Source: Candidatus Woesearchaeota archaeon (lineage in GTDB: Archaea; Nanobdellota; Nanobdellia; Woesearchaeales; JAIPIC01). From it: DNA of 64,000 nt. Every line of letters begins with the position of its first letter. Position 1 is the stretch's first letter. The translations under genes were made by a program, and so were the position numbers. A model generated the notes under the pieces. The model saw only the letters and a program-made list of their open reading frames with translations, ran no database searches and was not told the origin of the DNA. This document shows, piece after piece, positions 58,641 to 64,000 of this stretch. The DNA lies in contig JAIPIC010000001.1 of NCBI GenBank assembly GCA_021734865.1, positions 4,166 to 68,165 on the forward strand, in the 5' to 3' direction.

Positions 58641-60736
58641 AAATAAAAAGAGGTGCTATTTGTATACTGATACTAATTGGTATCATGTCTGTCGGATACT
58701 TTGAAGTATTTGCTGCAAACGAAGATATAGCTGCAAGCATAAGAAATCAGTCAAGCAACTTAGTTATCAATATAACCTGTGGTAACAATAGATGTGAAAC
58801 TGGAGAGAATGAATATAATTGCCCTCAAGATTGTTCAAAGTCGCCATTTGACTTTAAGATGAGTTTTACTAATCCGCAGATATGGCTTGGTGCTGAAGAG
58901 AAGATTCATTTCATTGAAATACAGAATAATCTCAAAACAGAAATAACTGTTAATGTGAATTTAATAGGGGACACTCTTAACAGACTAATTCACATTAACA
59001 AGACGACTTACGTTATTAAATCAAGAGAGACTGGGATTGTCAATCTTGTTATTCGGGCCTGGGATGTTACTCCGGGAGTCTATAATGGATATATAAACTT
59101 AAATTCTGCTAAGAAGAATGTCACGATACCTGTTGGAATACAAGTATATGATGAAATAAAGGATACTATTGATGTTCAGTCTAACATTATCGGAGATGAA
59201 ATCGAAAATGATGGGTCAATTAAACTCCATATCACAATTTATAATCCTAATTTCAAGACAGTCAATATGTCAATATCATATTATATTAATAATTCTGTCG
59301 ATGGGCTGATGATTTATAATTCAAGTGAGTATATGTTAATAAATTCTTCAAGAGTATTGGTCAGGGATTTTGACTTGAACAGTTTCAATCTGACCAACAG
59401 GTTTTATTCACATAATATGACAGTTAAACCTGGAACATTAAGAGAAGTGCCACCAAGCGACTATTATGTCACCGTAAAATTCAACCTTGATAACCAAACG
59501 ATCTATCTGACTGATACTGTGATAATAAGCAAGCCTTTCTGGACAAAAGACAGAATATGGGTAGTGATTGGAAGCATATTGTTTATTGCTATAGGGGGGG
59601 GAGGACTATTTGGCTACAAAAAATATATGGAACTAAAAAAGAATAAAGCTAGGTATGTTTTCCCAATGGATTATAGTAAATTACCACAACAGGATAATTA
59701 TTCTTTGTGGTTAGGATTGATTGCAGAAACCAAAAAAAAGGCCTTTTATAGTATGAATGATTTGACAACCCATGCACTTGTTGCTGGTTCTACTGGTTCT
59801 GGTAAATCTGTTTCTGCCTCAGTAATTGTGGAAGAGGTTCTTGAAAAAAAGGTACCTGTAATCATTTTTGATCCAACCAGTCAGTGGACTGGATTTGTAC
59901 GGCCGTGCAAAGATAAAAATTTATTAAAATACTACCCAAAATTTAGTCTTACAGATGACGATTCCAGACCATATAAAGGTTTAATCTATGATGTAAAGAG
60001 TCCTGACGTCCAGATTGATTTCAAGAAATTTATGAATCCTGGAGAAGTGACTGTATTTAATTTAGGTAATTTAAAGGTAGGAGAATATGATATTGCAACG
60101 AAAAATATTGTTGATACGATATTTCATATGAGATGGGAAGAATCTCCTGAACTCAAGATGTTATTGGTATTTGATGAGGTGCATAGGCTACTTGAGAAAT
60201 ATGGTGGTAAAGGAGGATATATTGCGCTTGAGAAAGGAGCAAGGGAGTTTAGGAAGTGGGGAATCGGCATGATAATGGCATCACAGGTATCTGCAGACTT
60301 CAAAGAGTCAATAGCTGGGAACATCCTTACAGAAGTACAGTTGAATACAAAGTCTATGGAAGATATTAAGAAAATTGCACAAAAGTATGGGACTGAATTT
60401 TCAGAGAGGATCTCTAGAGAAGGTATTGGTGTTGCTATGATCCAGAATCCAAAATATAATGATGGTAAACCATGGTTCATCAATTTCAGACCTACTTACC
60501 ACTCACCACATAAGATTGCAGCTGAAGAGCTTGAGATGTATGCTAAGTTCACCGATCAGCTCAGCGAGATTGAAGTTCAAATTACTAAGCTAAGAGAGAA
60601 GAAGGTTGATACTTCTGATATAGAAATGGAAATTAAGTTAGCCAAGGACAAGTTAAAAGAAGGTCATTTCAGGATGGCAGAAATTTATATAAATGGATTA
60701 TTTGAAAATTTAAACAAATTGAAAGGAAAGAAATGA
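58637..60736 (+). CDS. Membrane-anchored HerA/DUF87-like ATPase with short ectodomain; paralogue of the C-terminal ~650 aa of the giant protein
   Basis: Signal peptide, CGNNRCETGENEYNCPQDC, two Ig-like domains, TM helix IWVVIGSILFIAIGGGGLFGY, Walker A GSTGSGKS (59786), LLVFDE, REFRKWG. ATGA overlap with the giant gene. Confidence 0.93.
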   Translation: MKIKRGAICILILIGIMSVGYFEVFAANEDIAASIRNQSSNLVINITCGNNRCETGENEYNCPQDCSKSPFDFKMSFTNPQIWLGAEEKIHFIEIQNNLKTEITVNVNLIGDTLNRLIHINKTTYVIKSRETGIVNLVIRAWDVTPGVYNGYINLNSAKKNVTIPVGIQVYDEIKDTIDVQSNIIGDEIENDGSIKLHITIYNPNFKTVNMSISYYINNSVDGLMIYNSSEYMLINSSRVLVRDFDLNSFNLTNRFYSHNMTVKPGTLREVPPSDYYVTVKFNLDNQTIYLTDTVIISKPFWTKDRIWVVIGSILFIAIGGGGLFGYKKYMELKKNKARYVFPMDYSKLPQQDNYSLWLGLIAETKKKAFYSMNDLTTHALVAGSTGSGKSVSASVIVEEVLEKKVPVIIFDPTSQWTGFVRPCKDKNLLKYYPKFSLTDDDSRPYKGLIYDVKSPDVQIDFKKFMNPGEVTVFNLGNLKVGEYDIATKNIVDTIFHMRWEESPELKMLLVFDEVHRLLEKYGGKGGYIALEKGAREFRKWGIGMIMASQVSADFKESIAGNILTEVQLNTKSMEDIKKIAQKYGTEFSERISREGIGVAMIQNPKYNDGKPWFINFRPTYHSPHKIAAEELEMYAKFTDQLSEIEVQITKLREKKVDTSDIEMEIKLAKDKLKEGHFRMAEIYINGLFENLNKLKGKK

Positions 60737-62823
60737 AAGATTCAATTATGATTGCAAAGGAGAAACTGGCCCAAAGCGAGTTTGACAGTTTTGATATTGA
60801 TAATATTATTGAAAAGATTGTCATGAAGAGGCGGGCTTCAAATGTCCAGAGTTCTGTTGAACAGAAAGATCAAGTTATCGGATCAAAGAATAATTCAACA
60901 CAATCATCACAGATATCAACTCAGGATAGTACTGTAACAGATACTGTTAGTGGGAATGTCAAAGAGTCAAAGGGTGTACCTGAAGGAACTACTCAAAATG
61001 ATTCATCAAAAGGTGCCGATAATGGAACAGCAAATATAAATGTAATATCAGAAGATGATATTAAAGAAATAATTAAAGGTGCTTTAGTAAGAGGAGTTAA
61101 AATTAATTCTATTTCGGATCACTTAATTCAAAGAGGATTAGACAAGGACCGTTGTAATAATATTATTCATGATTCTTTCAGCAGTATTGATAGGAATCAA
61201 ATAATTGCTGAACAACAAATTGAAGACAAGAAAAAGGCTAATGAGGGTGATAATAATATGTCGCAAAACGAGGATAATCAGAATCAACCAGATGAAAAAG
61301 TAAGCAAGGAATCAGATGCTGAACAAAAAAATGTAGAGGAAGCAAAGGAGCAAACTGATGAACCATCTAAAGACAAACAAGGTAAAGATGCAGAGGATTA
61401 TGATCGAAGCAGAGATGCATTCAAACCAGGAGAATTAGCTGAATTGGAAAAGGCTGAAGCAGAGAAAAATAAAAGTCTAATGGATAAGCTATTCGCGAAA
61501 AAAGAAAACACTGAAAAAAATGATGACAACGGTAAGGAAGTGGTAATCGAGCGAGATGTTTTTGATGGTAGTTATTTAGATAGGGCTACAAAAGCAGAGA
61601 TCAGAGAAATAACCAACAGGATAATGGAAGAATATAAGAAAAGAACAGATGACATACAGTTAATGGTTGAAAAGGTTGATGGTAAAATAGCAAGGGAGAA
61701 GGAAGTTGATGAAGGTCTGAATATGAGAATCTCTGATCTTGTTGAAAAGATTGGTGAACTCCGTTCAACAATAATGGGCAGGGAGAGATTTTTTGACAAG
61801 ATGGAAAATGATTTTGAATCAATGAAAGATGTTATTCACGATCTGAAGCCGGAGAGAATAAAGAAAGAATTTGAAGATAAAGAGAAGTCAATACTCCAGT
61901 TGGACGCCAAAATTGAAAAAGCAACTAATGTTCTTGAGACGATGTCAGTTGATCTGAAAAAATACAAAGAAATAATGACTAAGATTGTAAGTTATGAAAA
62001 TTTGCTTGCTACTCTAGAGGACTTAAATAAGAAAGTCAAGAAAATTGATGAGACTGAAAGATATATGGAAAAGATAGGAGGACGTTTGGAGACTTCATAC
62101 TCTGATCTTAACAAGAAATTGGGTACTATAGTAACTCATGATGAAAAACTTAGGGGATTTGAAGAAATGACAAAAGAGTTCACGAAGAATATTGACCTTC
62201 TCCAAAATAAACTTGAAAAGAAGCTCAATAAAAATGATATTGAGAAAGTGTACCCCGAATTTGAGAAGAAATTCAATGAACATTTTGGTAAGATCAATGA
62301 TGAGATTGCAGTGCTTAAAGATGCCCTTTTCAGAAAGGAAGTTAATGAATCAAATAGTAGCTCTATTGTCTACCCAAACCAAACCACTGATCAGACAATC
62401 AGTAACTCAGGAGTTTCTTCACCTGGAAACCAGAAGGTCTCAGATTCCAGCAGTGCGACCTTAAATGCTCCAGAAAATAGTGTTCACGTTGAAAAGGCTC
62501 CTAGTCAAAACCAAAAATCCGTAAGCCCACAAACACAAAACCTATCTAGGGAATCTTCAACACCTAGTAGCGCACCTAAGAATGAGAACAAGATGAGCAT
62601 TAAGGAGAAAGAACTAGTGAATGCATTAATTAAACATATCGAAGCAAAAATTGATAGTGATCAAGCACCTCAATATTATAAAAAAGCTGTCGATATGATT
62701 ACAAAATACCCTGAAGATCCTTCAATCAACCAACTGAAGAACAAACTGACTGAAATAAGATCAAAGATGCTAGGATCAGATGGTCCTGAAATTAAATTCA
62801 GTTGGGGAAACTGGAATAAGTAA
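60733..62823 (+). CDS. Cytoplasmic coiled-coil protein with disordered flanks
   Basis: ATGA overlap with the upstream gene. No signal peptide or TM helix. About 250-aa E/K-rich heptad region, S/T/Q-rich linkers and a C-terminal FSWGNWNK. Confidence 0.85.
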   Translation: MKDSIMIAKEKLAQSEFDSFDIDNIIEKIVMKRRASNVQSSVEQKDQVIGSKNNSTQSSQISTQDSTVTDTVSGNVKESKGVPEGTTQNDSSKGADNGTANINVISEDDIKEIIKGALVRGVKINSISDHLIQRGLDKDRCNNIIHDSFSSIDRNQIIAEQQIEDKKKANEGDNNMSQNEDNQNQPDEKVSKESDAEQKNVEEAKEQTDEPSKDKQGKDAEDYDRSRDAFKPGELAELEKAEAEKNKSLMDKLFAKKENTEKNDDNGKEVVIERDVFDGSYLDRATKAEIREITNRIMEEYKKRTDDIQLMVEKVDGKIAREKEVDEGLNMRISDLVEKIGELRSTIMGRERFFDKMENDFESMKDVIHDLKPERIKKEFEDKEKSILQLDAKIEKATNVLETMSVDLKKYKEIMTKIVSYENLLATLEDLNKKVKKIDETERYMEKIGGRLETSYSDLNKKLGTIVTHDEKLRGFEEMTKEFTKNIDLLQNKLEKKLNKNDIEKVYPEFEKKFNEHFGKINDEIAVLKDALFRKEVNESNSSSIVYPNQTTDQTISNSGVSSPGNQKVSDSSSATLNAPENSVHVEKAPSQNQKSVSPQTQNLSRESSTPSSAPKNENKMSIKEKELVNALIKHIEAKIDSDQAPQYYKKAVDMITKYPEDPSINQLKNKLTEIRSKMLGSDGPEIKFSWGNWNK

Positions 62824-62926
62824 GTCACATAAAAAAATGAATTCCCGTTCCGCTTTATCTCCAAGCTGAATTTTAAGATCAAAGATACTCGAGCATCACA
62901 GAAATCTTCAATGGCATGAAATAGTC

Positions 62927-62959
62927 ATCTCACAACTTAAATCTCACAACGTGAGATTT
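62927..62959. other. Tandem repeat plus hairpin downstream of the operon
   Basis: ATCTCACAAC at 62927 and 62941; stem-loop AAATCTCAC-AAC-GTGAGATTT (62939-62959). Confidence 0.4.
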
Positions 62960-63026
62960 TCAATAACTTATGTTTTCTTCTGAAAGTTAATTGCAGTTAT
63001 CAATATGAAATCCTCTAAATGGTTTG

Positions 63027-63306
63027 TAATAAGTAAAAATTAATTATTAATAAGTAAAAAAAGGGGAAATTTGCCAATTTTTAGAATTTTTGAATGGTAG
63101 TTTAACTATAATAAGTTTAAATTAATCCATAGTAAGTAAAAAAAAGACAAATATTAATTAATAGTAAGTAAAGTATTCAATGAATTATGAAGAACTTTGG
63201 GATAACCATAACAATTATACCTATTTTAAAGTCAAAAGAAGGTATTTGCTGATTCAGGGCGACAAAATTAATAATATTTATAAAGTAACATTAATTAATA
63301 GTAAGT
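63027..63306 (+). promoter_or_regulatory. Repeated TAAGT-core boxes and TATA box upstream of the HTH gene
   Basis: TAATAAGTAAAAA at 63027 and 63048, ATAGTAAGTAAA at 63129, the 17-bp repeat ATTAATTAATAGTAAGT at 63153 and 63290, and TTTATAAA at 63277-63284. Confidence 0.55.
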
Positions 63307-63310
63307 TATA

Positions 63311-63784
63311 TTGAATCAAAGCAGTAAACTGGAGGAATTTATTATAGCTGTCCGTAGACTCAAGACTGTTTCTAATCTATCTGATTCAGATATTATCAAC
63401 ATAGCAAAAAAAGAGATTGTAAGAAAACCAAGCATACCAATATCCATCTTTGCATCAAATCTTGGTATACTCGAGACTGCTGTAAAGTATCTAAAGGAAG
63501 CTTTTGGTTTGACTTATGCAAAAATTGCTCTTATGTTAAATAGAGATCAAAGAACCATATGGGTATGCTACAATAGGGCTTGCGCAAAAAACAGTAAGAA
63601 GTATGAGATGGGGTTTTCAACAGGCGATATTGAAATTCCAATAGAAATACTGGCCAATAGAACACTGTCACCCCTTTGTGCAGTATGTAATTATCTTTTT
63701 AATCTTGGTGTGACAAAGACCACTATTGCAAAATTACTCAATAGGAAAGTGCAGAATATCTGGTATGCAATAAAGAAAGGATGA
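63311..63784 (+). CDS. Tandem helix-turn-helix DNA-binding protein
   Basis: Two internal repeats: IPISIF..LGILETAVKYLKEAFGLTYAKIALMLNRDQRTIW and IPIEIL..LSPLCAVCNYLFNLGVTKTTIAKLLNRKVQNIW. The TTG start is uncertain. Confidence 0.8.
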   Translation: MNQSSKLEEFIIAVRRLKTVSNLSDSDIINIAKKEIVRKPSIPISIFASNLGILETAVKYLKEAFGLTYAKIALMLNRDQRTIWVCYNRACAKNSKKYEMGFSTGDIEIPIEILANRTLSPLCAVCNYLFNLGVTKTTIAKLLNRKVQNIWYAIKKG

Positions 63785-64000
63785 ATTTAAATCAAATAAT
63801 GGATCAGGGAAGTGGATTTAATTGTTCTAGTTGTTATACTAAGAAGAGTAATTATATCTTCATTTTCTTGTTGATATTATTGTGTATTCCATTGGTTCAA
63901 GCAGATTCTAATCTTTATGGGCACAAATACTCCTCTAAACCTGCCCCTAATAATGATTTCATTATGCAGATATCAAATGCTTCAGAGATGAATAATTCCT
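63781..64000 (+). CDS. 5' part of a secreted protein, truncated by window end
   Basis: ATGA overlap with the HTH gene and open to 64000. Signal-peptide-like KKSNYIFIFLLILLCIPLVQA/DS. Confidence 0.7.
   Translation, partial: MNLNQIMDQGSGFNCSSCYTKKSNYIFIFLLILLCIPLVQADSNLYGHKYSSKPAPNNDFIMQISNASEMNNS

Noticed and set aside
11972-56906. Dozens of 60-160-aa antisense or alternate-frame ORFs inside the giant gene
   Set aside because: Expected by-products of a long biased coding frame. They have no recognisable motifs and are fully nested in a well-supported CDS.
57660-58640. Calling the ATPase the DNA-repair helicase HerA or a conjugative VirB4
   Set aside because: No HAS barrel was recognised, the Walker A-B spacing is short (~125 aa), the domain is membrane-fused, and there are no nurA/mre11/rad50 or T4SS genes nearby. 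Only the superfamily is supported.
11211-58640. Inteins explaining the in-frame insertions
   Set aside because: No intein C-terminal HN-C/S/T block in a Hint context and no LAGLIDADG motifs were recognised. The inserts resemble extracellular binding folds.
57836-60483. Twin antisense ORFs 57836..58387 and 60124..60483 with near-identical translations
   Set aside because: They are shadows of the duplicated ATPase coding sequence on the opposite strand, with no independent protein features.
58095-60542. Possible diversity-generating retroelement TR/VR pair
   Set aside because: Differences are synonymous third-position changes rather than adenine-specific, both copies are coding ATPase core, and there is no reverse transcriptase in the window.

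Overview
AT-rich archaeal DNA. The evidence is GGTGA Shine-Dalgarno motifs, TATA-box/leaderless starts, a COG1361 S-layer-domain gene in an ABC operon and heavily N-glycosylation-sequon-laden surface proteins. The gene repertoire most resembles a DPANN archaeon such as Woesearchaeota, which is inference only. The first 10.6 kb holds ordinary genes: two membrane/secreted proteins, a GbsR/MarR regulator with a MacB/FtsX-type ABC operon, a Nudix hydrolase, a radical SAM protein and a SpoT/Mesh1-type HD hydrolase. The rest is dominated by one overlapping-gene operon. It starts with an unannotated 57-aa AbrB/MazE-type regulator (11054-11227). Next is an uninterrupted 47.4-kb gene for a 15,809-aa surface protein ending in a transmembrane helix and a cytoplasmic HerA/FtsK/VirB4-superfamily (DUF87-like) ATPase. 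Then come a 699-aa short paralogue carrying a near-identical ATPase and a 696-aa coiled-coil protein. The giant ectodomain is built by repeated nested (domain-inside-domain) insertion and by about 56 tandem Ig-like units with a higher-order grammar. The two ATPase genes share an apparent gene-conversion tract. No rRNA, tRNA, CRISPR array or transposase was seen. All domain calls are by-eye motif recognition, not database searches, and repeat counts are hand counts.
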